In this document: positions 22,077 to 32,741 of the stretch, piece by piece
Numbering within the stretch: the first letter of the stretch is position 1
How the letters are laid out: the number at the start of each line of letters is the position of its first letter
NCBI GenBank assembly: GCA_963713605.1
Contig: CAVQMO010000010.1
Span: 416,001 to 480,000, forward strand
DNA: 64,000 nucleotides
Reading direction: 5' to 3'
Source of the DNA: an uncultured Nitrososphaerales archaeon
GTDB lineage: Archaea > Thermoproteota > Nitrososphaeria > Nitrososphaerales > Nitrososphaeraceae
Notes under the pieces: model-generated
What the model saw: only the letters and a program-made list of their open reading frames with translations
The model's database searches: none
What the model was told of the DNA's origin: nothing
Program-made: the position numbers and the translations under genes

Positions 22077-22205
22077 ATGGGGGCTAAATGTGAATGTATG
22101 TGTCATACCAAGGGCAATATTCAAGATTTTTGTGGTTATTGTGCATCATCTCATACTATTAGGACTTCAAAAAGATCAGCTGCAACAGCCGTGACTAAGA
22201 CGTAG
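22077..22205 (+). CDS. 42-aa Cys/His-rich microprotein (not in ORF track)
   Basis: MGAKCECMCHTKGNIQDFCGYCASSHTIRTSKRSAATAVTKT, followed by a T-run. Confidence 0.55.
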   Translation: MGAKCECMCHTKGNIQDFCGYCASSHTIRTSKRSAATAVTKT

Positions 22206-22419
22206 CTTCTACTCTTTTTAGCTCAATCTTATCTAACATTCCTTGTCCTTTTTTTACTGCGATATAGTACGAAGAACGAATTGAAGGTTCCTTTTGTGCT
22301 AAACTACGATTGAACCCACAATAGTGTAAGTCGAAAGATTACCCCACCTTTAAGACTGCGATAACGATTTTAAGAAAACTAAATTAAACTATTATATACT
22401 TTTTTGAGCAAGCTTTGCT

Positions 22420-22713
22420 ATGTTATTTGGTAAGGACACTGCTATTACCGCTAAAGATCGATATGATCAAGGACAAAATATCAGGAATACCTTAGATTCC
22501 AGTTATTATACCTCTCATCGGATTCCAGTTCTACTGCAGTCGAGAGAAATTGGCAAGGTGTTCGCTGAAGTTAATGATAATCTAGTTGTCATTGCTGGTG
22601 AAAATAAAAAAGAACACGAATATTTAATCCCCAAGTCTAAAGTGAGTCACTATGATGAGAGACAGATTTGTGTTAGTATTACAAACAATTCTTTGAAGGA
22701 ATTTGAGATTTAG
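22420..22713 (+). CDS. PRC-barrel/DUF2171-like small protein
   Basis: REIGKVFAEVNDNLVVI...EYLIPKSKVSHYD. Confidence 0.65.
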   Translation: MLFGKDTAITAKDRYDQGQNIRNTLDSSYYTSHRIPVLLQSREIGKVFAEVNDNLVVIAGENKKEHEYLIPKSKVSHYDERQICVSITNNSLKEFEI

Positions 22714-22997
22714 ATAGGAATTACACTCATATGTACGAGCAATATTAACTAACGGCCACCCGGTGGGCCCTACGTTGACAAAGGACTCAACACAGAATCA
22801 AGATAGGCACTATTCTTCATCATCAGTGTACGTAACGAGATTCTTCTCGTTCGCCAAAATACAATGGGTTTCAAACACTAATCAGATGATAGATTGGCCG
22901 GGCTGGTTTCCCTCGATAAACAATGGACTCGGGAGAATGTTGACCGAAATACTGCAGTCGGCAACTACCATCTTTATTAGATACTTGATTTCTTAAC

Positions 22998-23401
22998 CTA
23001 TGTACCCTTTTCTTTGTTTGTTGGTAACCCTGCTGTTTTCTTTGCAGTGTTTGCATTATTAATATTTATTCTTGTAAGCTCTTTTGTATGTTGTTGAGTG
23101 CTCTCAAATGCGTTCCCAAAAATATCAAATTTCCAAAGATAGTATCATTACTTAATCTTGCTAGTGATGAAATATTGTCTGCAATATTACTTACAGTTCT
23201 GGCATATGTCTCTGTCGGGATTCTGGGAGAGACCCAATAACTATACATTCTATAGAAGTTTTCGTAGTACGGTCCCCAAACTGAGAAGTTGAAAACGGAA
23301 TCAATTATAGATTTCTGAGCATCAATGTAACCCACAATCATTTCACGGGTGGACTGTAAGGCCTGTTCCTGATAGTTCTTAATTACATCAGCGGTAGACA
23401 A
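22998..23401 (-). pseudogene. Helical hypothetical protein fragment (5'-truncated; frameshift near 23130)
   Basis: IKNYQEQALQSTREM...SPRIPTETYARTVSNIADN continues after a 1-nt shift as FGNAFESTQQHTKELTRININNA to a stop at 22998. No good start. From memory it resembles a multicopy Nitrososphaeraceae family. Confidence 0.5.
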
Positions 23402-23865
23402 CTTCTTACAACGTTTTCAAGACTAAGTGAAGAGTTCGTAAAGTCAATACCATTTTAAGAACCTTCTCTATTTCATCTCCTACCATCTGTCACGTATCGA
23501 ACAAATACGGGAGGGGGACCAGAAATAGTTTCTACAGCAATAGGATTGCCTTGGCATAAAGAGTGCTGTTAATAGTTAACTTAAATAGGTATTAAAAAGA
23601 AGAGTTGAAAAAGGAACGTTAGTAAGGCTATTATAGTAACAATATCAATTATAGTTAGTATTTAACCATAAAACACGGCCAAAGATAAAGTCACTAGACT
23701 AGCCAAACTAGACCAAGAGATGTAATAAAGAATATGTATTCTATCCTGCAATTACGCTCATTTCCGTATCGCAGACTAGGTATGATGCAGGCTGAATATG
23801 ATTATATAGTTTGCTACATATGCGAAATTGTATGAGTGATAGATTAGACAAAGGTCAGAAATCTG

Positions 23866-23970
23866 ATGAGAGCAGTACCTAACATAGACGCATACTATTC
23901 TTGTGAAGATTGTGGTCAACAATTTAAGTCACGTCAAGAGTTAAAAGAACACGAGAGTAGCCAACATTGA
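23866..23970 (+). CDS. C2H2 zinc-finger microprotein (34 aa; may start at 23832 through a frameshift)
   Basis: MRAVPNIDAYYSCEDCGQQFKSRQELKEHESSQH, canonical Y-x-C-x2-C-x3-F-x5-L-x2-H-x4-H. Confidence 0.7.
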   Translation: MRAVPNIDAYYSCEDCGQQFKSRQELKEHESSQH

Positions 23971-24132
23971 ATTTAACAGCATGTTGGAAAACCTTACTCT
24001 AGGTAGCGTAGGTCGCAAGCGGGATCCTCTTAGTTGGACCGGCTACCCATACACCTATACCAGCTTCTGCCATCCATGAACTATGGGAGGTATTGTATTT
24101 ACTTCTGACCAAAATTTTTTGCGTAGTTCAAG

Positions 24133-25089
24133 GTGACTTATCAAGTCAGTTTATACACAACAATTCAAAAATTGAAATACACTGTAATAAAATCCATTAG
24201 CTCTGGATCGTTTGGTACAGTATATGAAGTCTTGCTAGAGCATGAGGAAGACGGCGTTACTACTAGCACGACTAAATGTGTCCTGAAAGAGCTTACAAGG
24301 CTTGATAATCTTAGTATGGAGCGCTTTGAGAGAGAGATTAGGATACTGCCTGAGCTCAATCATCCTAACATAGTTAATATTTTTTACTGGAATATAGGCG
24401 GTGATCCACCCAAATTTCTGCCGTACTATATTATGGAATATTTGAAGGGCGGATCTCTACGTAAATATATGGATGAGAAATTCAATGCAAACAAGAATTT
24501 TGTCCTCGAACCAACTTGGGCGATAACCAAAATTATCCTTCCCATCTGCAATGCATTGGCACAGGCACATAGCTCTAACGTATATCACAGGGACCTTAAA
24601 CCCGACAACATTATTTTTACTGATGATACCAAGTCAAGTATTAAAGTAGCAGATTGGGGACTTGTAAAAGGTGACGCAATTGACAAGGAATCTTTAGAGC
24701 TTACAACCGTTACATCAGGAGGACAGATTGGTGGGACACCCGGTTACTGCTCGCCCGAACAATGGTTTGCATTCAAGAAAGATGAAATAGATGGGCGAAC
24801 TGATATCTATTCTTTAGGAATATTATTTTACGAAATGTTAACGAGAAAGCGGCCCTCCCCATATGACTCAAATGATCCCTCTACCATGGAAAAGAATCAA
24901 CTGCAGCTAAAACTTCCCACGTCTCAGCCTCTTTTATCAAAACGAACAAAAGTTGATCCACCATCCAAGTTCAATTCGAATGTAACTGCGCAGCTGGATG
25001 CTTGTATTCTCAAAATGATTGAAGTAGATCCTGAAAAGAGACAAAATTCAGTATGGGACTTGATAACAGACCTCGATATGTTGAGATAA
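24133..25089 (+). CDS. Hanks-type Ser/Thr protein kinase (catalytic domain only)
   Basis: SGSFGTVY, VLKE, RFEREI, HPNIV, HRDLKPDN, DWG, GTPGYCSPEQ, DIYSLG, DPEKR. Confidence 0.93.
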   Translation: MTYQVSLYTTIQKLKYTVIKSISSGSFGTVYEVLLEHEEDGVTTSTTKCVLKELTRLDNLSMERFEREIRILPELNHPNIVNIFYWNIGGDPPKFLPYYIMEYLKGGSLRKYMDEKFNANKNFVLEPTWAITKIILPICNALAQAHSSNVYHRDLKPDNIIFTDDTKSSIKVADWGLVKGDAIDKESLELTTVTSGGQIGGTPGYCSPEQWFAFKKDEIDGRTDIYSLGILFYEMLTRKRPSPYDSNDPSTMEKNQLQLKLPTSQPLLSKRTKVDPPSKFNSNVTAQLDACILKMIEVDPEKRQNSVWDLITDLDMLR

Positions 25090-25274
25090 TCATCATATAC
25101 CGACTATTCACTGATAATTCTTTGGCTCAGACGAACCGACTAGCAAAGTAAAAAAAGTGAAACTCAATCGCAACAAAGTAGCACACCAGCGGGGTTCAGA
25201 GACTCAAAGGACCTATCTGGCCTACCTGCAAAGAACTGTTGTATCTGTTAACTTCAATAGTTTTTGAAGGTAGT

Positions 25275-25781
25275 TCATTTTCTGAGTCTATAAAAGATAT
25301 AAACAGATACAAACGGTACCACCGAAAGTATGTATGCCCAGTATTCAATTATTGGAGAGTCGAAGGCTGAATGTAGTCCAAACTTGAGTCCTAACAATAA
25401 TCCTAAGTATAATGTAATAAAGAGCGGTGCGGTTCCAAACACAAGGAATCTGTGGCTTCTGAGTTTGAATTTTTCAATGTTCCGATACGGATACTGCAAA
25501 TGATGGTAAAAAACTGGCATAGATAGAAAGGAAGTAGCAAAAGTAATCGTAAACAGAGCAATCATAAGAATTATGCCATCTTCGAACGAGAAATCGCTGG
25601 GCCTATTAATCGAAATATTAAGTAGGAATGCGAAGAGAAACCCAGACACGGTCGTAAGAACTGCGCTTTCTTTTAAGATAGTATCGTAGTCCTTGGAAAT
25701 ATCTCCGTCGGTCCCATATTTTTCTCGCGGATCTGAATTATTTTTTCCTTCACCATTGTTATTAGTACTTTCATCATCCAT
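25275..25781 (-). CDS. Four-TM membrane protein (DUF6328-like)
   Basis: LKESAVLTTVSGFLFAFLL, MPVFYHH; four hydrophobic segments. Confidence 0.7.
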   Translation of the reverse strand: MDDESTNNNGEGKNNSDPREKYGTDGDISKDYDTILKESAVLTTVSGFLFAFLLNISINRPSDFSFEDGIILMIALFTITFATSFLSMPVFYHHLQYPYRNIEKFKLRSHRFLVFGTAPLFITLYLGLLLGLKFGLHSAFDSPIIEYWAYILSVVPFVSVYIFYRLRK

Positions 25782-26257
25782 GTGGTTGATTAGGTGCGCA
25801 AAAAGTATAAGAAGGTTATATCTGCATATTCGCATTTAGTTGACGATGTTACCTAACTAATAGAAGGGACGCACATAAGATTTTGAGTAGATTATCCCGC
25901 ATTATGAAATATCATACGATGCTACGCGTAGTATACTTGTCCTACTTTCACAATAGATTTCCATAATTTTTCAAATTAAGATCAATGCCGATCAGAGTAC
26001 ACGAGAGCCCATGCCATATTGAACCAGTCGATACAGATAGCTTCGGATAAATTCATTGTTTATCTTTGTTTACCTCTAAAGGTACACTGCTGCCGGCATC
26101 GCGGACGCCAAAACGTAACTCGCGTGTTAATCGTCTATCAATAACTATACGTTCACCTCGTATGAAGCTTGGTCTACCGACTCTTCCAAGGCAATCTCGT
26201 AACTTCCATATTTGGTGAAATACTTAAAGGTAGTTTCAAACCAAATTCACAAAAATA

Positions 26258-27070
26258 ATGGATAAAAAGCGTAAAAGCAAAATCATGCGAGTCGTTTCAC
26301 AGTTTATCAAGTCTGAAGTCAGTAGAAGAAAATCAAAAGGTGTCGTAATCGGTATGAGTGGAGGAGTAGATTCTTCAGTAGCGGCTTGCCTGGCAGTCAA
26401 TGCTCTGGGAGCAGAAAAAGTATATGGCCTTATTCTCCCAGATTCGTCAGTAACGCCGCAGAATGATACCACAGACGCAGAGAAGCTTGCAAAGAAACTA
26501 AAAATAAAACACAAAGTTATAGAAGTTGGAAAGGTAAAGAACCAGCTTCTAAGAAACTTTCCAAAAAATAAATTAGCGCGGGCTAATTTTTTAGTTAGAC
26601 TGAGAATGTCTATTTTGTACTATTACGCAGCTGTAATGAATAGACTTGTTCTGGGTACGGGCGACAAGAGTGAGCTTCGACTGGGTTATTTTACTAAGTA
26701 TGGTGACGGCGCAGTCGATCTAATGCCCATAGGCGACCTTTATAAGACTGAGGTCAGAGAGCTCGCAGAATTCTTGCATATTCCTTTAAAGATTACCACG
26801 AAGAAAAGTAGTGCAAGGCTGTGGAGAGGCCAGACGACAGAAGGAGAAATTGGATTGGCATATGAGCAAATTGACTCTATACTTAAACAGCTTGACAATT
26901 CTGGACAACGAAAGAGGAATATGAGTCATAAGAGCTATCAGGATGCCCCTCCTATTACTAATAAGAAATACAAATTGGATAACAGCCACAGAGATGTACG
27001 ACGAGTATTAGATCTAATTGACAAAAATGAACACAAACTTACCCCCCCTCCCATTTGTCGAATCGGGTGA
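26258..27070 (+). CDS. nadE: NH3-dependent NAD+ synthetase
   Basis: GMSGGVDSS, RLRMSILY, GTGDKSE, GYFTKYGDG, DLYKTEV, SSARLWRGQTTEGEIG. Confidence 0.95.
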   Translation: MDKKRKSKIMRVVSQFIKSEVSRRKSKGVVIGMSGGVDSSVAACLAVNALGAEKVYGLILPDSSVTPQNDTTDAEKLAKKLKIKHKVIEVGKVKNQLLRNFPKNKLARANFLVRLRMSILYYYAAVMNRLVLGTGDKSELRLGYFTKYGDGAVDLMPIGDLYKTEVRELAEFLHIPLKITTKKSSARLWRGQTTEGEIGLAYEQIDSILKQLDNSGQRKRNMSHKSYQDAPPITNKKYKLDNSHRDVRRVLDLIDKNEHKLTPPPICRIG

Positions 27071-27116
27071 ACAACCACTTAATATATATTAATAATCCAT
27101 ACTAACCGTATCTTAA

Positions 27117-27713
27117 ATGCGTATATTGATAGCTGAAGATGATCTTGATATAGCAAACCTGTACAAGAAAGCCTTAGAGAAAAATAACCATAAAGTGGTC
27201 CTTACATCAAACGGTTCAGATTGTCTTACGAACTATCTTACTACCCTTAAAAATCTGGCATTAAGAGCAACACAACCAAATAAGGCATATGCACCTAAAA
27301 CAAATTATGACTCATCTCGAAATTTAAGTGCTGAATCCAGGAAAGTTGTCAATACGGATGCATCTCCGTACGACGTCGTCATTTTGGACTATCGTATGCC
27401 AGGTATGAATGGTATGGAAGTAGCTAAAGGAATACTGAATGCAGATACTCATCAACGAATAATCTTTGCATCTGCATTCGTAAAGGAAACACTAGAACAC
27501 TCTGTTAAAGAACTCAAGCAGGTGGTCGAGTTGATACAAAAACCTTTCACATTGAAACATCTAACTGACACAGTGGAGGATACTCAAGCTTTTGAAGAAT
27601 TAAAAGAACTTAATGTAGATGTTGGCAGAATCAGGGGGGCTGATTTATCACACGAGCAGATTTTCGAACTTCTGGTTAAGTTAAGGAGAATACAGAAGAA
27701 CAGAACATTTTGA
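27117..27713 (+). CDS. Response regulator receiver protein with internal insertion
   Basis: ILIAEDD, ILDYRMPGMNG, IIFASA, IQKPF. Confidence 0.9.
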   Translation: MRILIAEDDLDIANLYKKALEKNNHKVVLTSNGSDCLTNYLTTLKNLALRATQPNKAYAPKTNYDSSRNLSAESRKVVNTDASPYDVVILDYRMPGMNGMEVAKGILNADTHQRIIFASAFVKETLEHSVKELKQVVELIQKPFTLKHLTDTVEDTQAFEELKELNVDVGRIRGADLSHEQIFELLVKLRRIQKNRTF

Positions 27714-28314
27714 TTGTCTTTTTTTTAGGCTCGAAAAAAAGCAAATGATGTGGGGCAATTTTAGAAGTGCTAGTTAGATCAGAGAATAAGGATTTCAGAA
27801 AGAAATCGTAGATTGCGAAAGGAGATTTTCGGTCTTGAGGAAATGAACAGTGTGCCGCATCCAACGAGTTTGTAATTTCTAATGATGGCGCATGCACAAA
27901 AGAACTACTTTTATGAAGCCATTCAATTCGTTTTTTATATAGCTGTGTATTGACATGTCAATTGGCAAATAGGTTGCAATTCTTTAATCAGTTACCTATA
28001 TTTTGGTTATAGTTCGGCTAAAACCTAAAATACTCTGAATGTGCAAAAAATAGCACCCTGATATTTTAGATGAAAATTCAATCCCGCATCTGCGACATAT
28101 TACCAAGGATCGCCTGTAGGAATGAATAAATGACTATATAACTATAAACTACAATACTCAGTCCTATAATCAGTCTTCAAATATACCTAATCAAGATCCA
28201 CAATCAATTCGTTCTCTCCTCACAAGTGATAGCTTCGAAAAGAACATCAGAGCGTAGGCTTCTCCCAATGGAAAACCTGATACTTCACTCCGGCCGACCA
28301 TCCAGTGTAACAGT

Positions 28315-28678
28315 AAAAGAATTCTAATTGTGGATGATGACCACGACATCGCCAGGTTCTTTAAGTTGGCTTTAGATCGTGTCGAATTTATCAGAGATTT
28401 TCAACGATCCACTATCATCATTGACGAACTTCAAAAAAGGAGCATATGACTTGTGATTATTGGATATTAATATGCCACAGATGACTGGTTTTGAATTGTA
28501 TAGAAAGATCAGCCAAATAGATGAGGTCAAGGTATGTCTCATTACAGCATTTGAAGAATATTATGGTGAATTCAAAAGCGAATTTCCCGATCTTACTAAT
28601 TTAGAATGTTACATTAAGAAGCCGGTAAGGATGGAATATTTGATTAACGCCATGAAATCACGACTAGATTGCAACTAA
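28315..28678 (+). pseudogene. Degenerate single-domain response regulator
   Basis: KRILIVDDDHDI, then a frameshift near 28395 and an in-frame TGA at 28454-28456 (YDL*LLDINMPQMTG), then CLITA and IKKP. Confidence 0.8.
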
Positions 28679-28697
28679 CCCAAAAGTAGATTTTCTT

Positions 28698-29990
28698 CTA
28701 ATAGATAGTTGGGACAATCTTGCTATAGCAATACATATACTCTTCAGCGATTTGTTTCCAAGTAGGGAAGGTTCTCCCAAAGCGTAACGCCTCCTGTTCT
28801 TGAAGATAACGTTCATGAGGATTTATGAGTAACCTGATTACGTTATTCGCAAAATCCGAGACTTTGTCACAAATGCATAGCGCTCGGTTGTTGAGGGTGA
28901 AACCCTGTGCCCCAACCGATGTGCTAACTATAGCTTTTCCAGCTTTTAACGCTTCTAATATCTTCACCTTAATTCCTCCTCCTATTCTAAGGGGACACAC
29001 TACAACCTGAGCAGCTTTATAGAATGGATTAAGTGATTCCACGTAACCTGTGACTTTGATATGTGAGGATATATAATTGGTATTCATTAAGGCAGAAACT
29101 TCAGCTGGCGGGGAATTGCCAACTAGAAATAGTACTGTATTAGGAACACATTTGAGAATCAAAGGGAAGATGGAATTGGAAAAGTATAATGCGGCGTCAA
29201 CATTTGGTTCGTACGCAAAATTGCATACAAAGAGAAGGGATGGGCATTTACCATCATCTTGCTTATTCAAGTATCTGCTACATTCAAGAGTATTCCATCT
29301 TTCGGGCGAATGCAGCTCATATATACTCGGTTCATGGTCGATCCCGTTTGGGATCATTTGGACGTCAACTTTTGGTTCAAGGCGTCTTATCGTTGTTTTG
29401 TCTTCGGCGGTAAGGGTAACTACCTTAGAAGCTCGTCTCCAAAAAGTACGCTCCCACAAGAATGTAAAATAATATTCGCGCCAATTAGAAAGAAAATCCT
29501 CAGACGATCTCGACAAAAGGGTTCTTTGCAAATCAAGTGAGTATTCAATATTATGTTCGACGAGTACAATGGGGAGATCAAGATCCATTGGAAGAAGCTG
29601 CATAAGATGATAACCTTCAAGATGCACTAGATCAAAGCGCCGATCCTTGAGAAGCTGAGAGATTCTGTGCACGCCCTCTTCTGAATAGTATTTATTCATC
29701 AAACAAGGACGTCCTCGAGTATGCCCATTTAGCCGCGTGGGGTTCGATATCCTAAAAAGGCTAATGCTTGCACAATAAGGTTCCAAATGCCTTAAGTTTG
29801 AATAATCCATTGCTGGTTCAAAAGTTATTGAGCATAAATGTATTTTGAAATATTTTCCAAGCCTTGAAATCAGCTCAAACTCCCTTCTACGACCCCCACT
29901 TGCAGGCGGATATGGCAGATGAGCAGTCAGAAATAGTACTTCCATTTGGGGAAAGCCCATTTTTTTGGCTATACTAAAATTAGAAAACAT
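28698..29990 (-). CDS. Glycosyltransferase family 4
   Basis: PYPPASGG, EHNIE, IPNGID, PNVDA, PLRIGGGIKVKILEAL, STSVGAQG. Confidence 0.92.
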   Translation of the reverse strand: MFSNFSIAKKMGFPQMEVLFLTAHLPYPPASGGRRREFELISRLGKYFKIHLCSITFEPAMDYSNLRHLEPYCASISLFRISNPTRLNGHTRGRPCLMNKYYSEEGVHRISQLLKDRRFDLVHLEGYHLMQLLPMDLDLPIVLVEHNIEYSLDLQRTLLSRSSEDFLSNWREYYFTFLWERTFWRRASKVVTLTAEDKTTIRRLEPKVDVQMIPNGIDHEPSIYELHSPERWNTLECSRYLNKQDDGKCPSLLFVCNFAYEPNVDAALYFSNSIFPLILKCVPNTVLFLVGNSPPAEVSALMNTNYISSHIKVTGYVESLNPFYKAAQVVVCPLRIGGGIKVKILEALKAGKAIVSTSVGAQGFTLNNRALCICDKVSDFANNVIRLLINPHERYLQEQEALRFGRTFPTWKQIAEEYMYCYSKIVPTIY

Positions 29991-30113
29991 ATCTAATAAG
30001 TATTATTAGTAGATAACATAGATACTTTTGAGTCGCTTGTAATCTGAATCATAAACGAAACACGCAAAGGGCCTAGACAGATACCACTAATGTCAACACG
30101 AGTTAAAATATAA

Positions 30114-30358
30114 CGGAGGAAGGCTCCAAAAGGCTCTAGTGTTCCAGTTGGGACAGAGTATCACTGGTATATTCTTACCCATCAAATGTAAAAAAGGTAG
30201 ATGCGAACAGGTATACAACTGCTATGACAGGAATTAAATACAAATTGGCTCACAAACGCGCTGATCAGGAAAATTGGAATGTGAGCGAGCATGCACAAAA
30301 GAAACGATTAATACAGTTATTGGAAAGATTAACGGTTCAATTAAAAGGTGAAGAGTAG
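30114..30358 (+). pseudogene. C-terminal fragment of a conserved hypothetical protein (not in ORF track)
   Basis: RRKAPKGSSVPVGTEYHWYILTHQ, frameshift near 30187, then VKKVDANRYTTAMTGIKYKLAHKRADQENWNVSEHAQKKRLIQLLE. A stop lies immediately upstream, so the N-terminus is missing. Confidence 0.6.
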
Positions 30359-30729
30359 TAGGTGAGGACTAGTAGAACATAATGATTCGAACTCTAATCC
30401 TGATCCATGATTAGAAATCTACTTTGGTATTGTAATATGGAAATGAAATATAGGTTTCTACGTAAGTCTATATCACTAGTGATACTACCGACATCTGAAC
30501 GAATTCATGTTTAGGATTTTGTTTCTCTCTAACTAGTAACATACTATCTATTAATAACGGTAATACCTAAAGTTCTGTATAATACATTATAATACATTTG
30601 ATGACTTGTGAATGGGTATCTTCTGAGTGCTGACAACTCCCGTGAGTTCGAAGATTTATTCTAAACGGCTGCTCTAATAACGTACGTTGGATCCCTTCTT
30701 GGTTGAAGAAATGAAATCCTCAAAAACAT

Positions 30730-31038
30730 TTGTGGAGCAAAATTAGAAAAGATTTAAGTTCTGCCATGTTCTTAGAAAGCTGGTATAGCGAGCACGTGAG
30801 TAAGCTTATACAAAATAAACAAAGCAACCTTAGTACTACCCGAATCAATGAACAGTGTATATGTATGCCAAATAACATTACGATCACTCCAATCTATCAT
30901 ATCCGTGATAGTACGTCTTATCACGTAGTTAGGTGTAATTATTGTGGAGAGGAGTGGGCAGAATATTGGACCAGTTATAGGTATATGGTCTCTTCTCTAA
31001 TAGATCAAAGACAAAACCAAAAATGGGTCAGGTCATGA
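30730..31038 (+). CDS. Small putative zinc-ribbon protein (start uncertain)
   Basis: CIC...HVVRCNYCGEEWAEYW. Confidence 0.45.
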   Translation: MWSKIRKDLSSAMFLESWYSEHVSKLIQNKQSNLSTTRINEQCICMPNNITITPIYHIRDSTSYHVVRCNYCGEEWAEYWTSYRYMVSSLIDQRQNQKWVRS

Positions 31039-31585
31039 TCCTGTCGGGGTCACTTCCTTTGCTTATCGGCTATAATTTCAAAAATTGATTAAAGACGGGG
31101 AACTATGTTACAAATCTCCTCTGTTCCATACATATGTTTGTTGATGTGAGAAAGACTGTCCATAAGAATGTGGAGAATAACAAATTTGGGTCGTCTATTC
31201 TTTGTTTGACTATCCTGTAGCCGTTATGAAGATTTCTCTCTCATTATCACAATATTTTTGTGTGTTGTTAGAAACGGTTAAACTCTCGTTTTGGGAAAAA
31301 TATGCATTCCTGGTAGTGTGACTGGCTGTCCATAGGCCGTTGTAGCGGTCTTTTATTATAAATTCAAGGCCACATTTATTACTTCAGCAATATCCTTGTC
31401 TATAGTAGCTAATGTGTCACCGTCCATCTCGCATTCTTTACTCATCTCTATGTGCCTCAAATAGTATCTATATGTTGTGAATAAATAATTAAAACGTACC
31501 CCGAATTGAATGTTCTTTATTGCTTATTTCTCTCGTCGAATAAATTAGACCGTGCCCGGGGTCGCAGAAAGAAAGAGGAAAAAAT

Positions 31586-32050
31586 CTATTTAGACTGGTT
31601 TCCTCCACTAAACATGCTGCTGAGTGTTTCACCTATTTGTTCTAAGGGGTTTTTTGTAGTCTGGTTACCTCCTGTTTCAGTCTGATTTGCTGTAGTAGTA
31701 GTTGCCTCATTGGCCGTTCCTCCGCCAGTTTGATTATTTGTCGTATTTACATCAGTTGTTAACTGCTCTTTTTGCATCCCTTGTGCAACAGAAGTATCAT
31801 TTTGACTTTTGATATCTGTCTCATTTCCGATTACCGGTATATTGCCAGCAGTCATGTTTTCAATTTGGCTAGCACTTCCAATTTCTGCCGTCTGATTCTG
31901 CTGTTGTTGCCCTTGTTGAGACTGAGGCGTTGAGGTCGTATTACTCGTCTGGTTTTGTTGTCCGTATGAAGAACTTGTACCTGCTGAAACAGAGGACATG
32001 AGTCCCAAAGACAATACCAAAGTCAATGTAATCAAAAATATTCGATTCAT
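31586..32050 (-). CDS. Secreted low-complexity Q/T/N-rich protein
   Basis: Signal peptide MNRIFLITLTLVLSLGLMSSVSA; many N-x-T sequons; ends NPLEQIGETLSSMFSGGNQSK. Confidence 0.85.
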   Translation of the reverse strand: MNRIFLITLTLVLSLGLMSSVSAGTSSSYGQQNQTSNTTSTPQSQQGQQQQNQTAEIGSASQIENMTAGNIPVIGNETDIKSQNDTSVAQGMQKEQLTTDVNTTNNQTGGGTANEATTTTANQTETGGNQTTKNPLEQIGETLSSMFSGGNQSK

Positions 32051-32741
32051 TGAAATAAATAGCCCAAGATAAGATTTAAAGGTTGTATTTAGATTATTTA
32101 GGCAGCAGGTCTTGATGTTTATAGGTACTACCAGTCGCTAAAGTTCGAATATCACATGGCGAGTATGGGACTAATTCGAGTAATTATTGGATGCTTCTTT
32201 CTGACTTTAGAAGCTGCATCTCAAAGGCACCTATTTGCTGGACAAACACTAATTAATAAAACCTATTCTATTTGGTCCGTTTACCTTTCTAAATGCAACA
32301 ATTCTGCATCATCTGATCAATAATAACGATGTCATCAATCGAAGGCCAGCAAGAGTCATTTGCTGTACTAATTTACTTCAGGTAGTCCATCGCAAGTCGC
32401 AACATATTTTGATGCCGCTTTAGAAGAGAGTATAACCATGGAATATTCAGGTAATGCAACAAATACCACAAAATAACTGGGCCCTAACTTCTTGCAATGT
32501 TTATAGGTCAGCAGTTGGTAAAAATATGAAACCTTAAGGGGCTATTTATCAATCTTGCTAATATTATTGCATATGAGTCAGGATATATTACCGATATCAT
32601 TAAAGCTCTCGCCCATAAGTTCAAGGAATTGAGTTTGCAATTTTTTTATAACGGATTATGCTTCATTACACAACTTCCGAATATGCATTGTCTGTTTAAC
32701 AATCCATTGATAAAGTATTCACCAAAATTCTAACAAGGTGA

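Noticed and set aside
24002..24047. Hairpin ggtagc..ggtc/gacc..gctacc upstream of the kinase; similar single stems at about 37248-37288 and 43700-43754
   Set aside because: Single short imperfect stems are compatible with chance; no further support.
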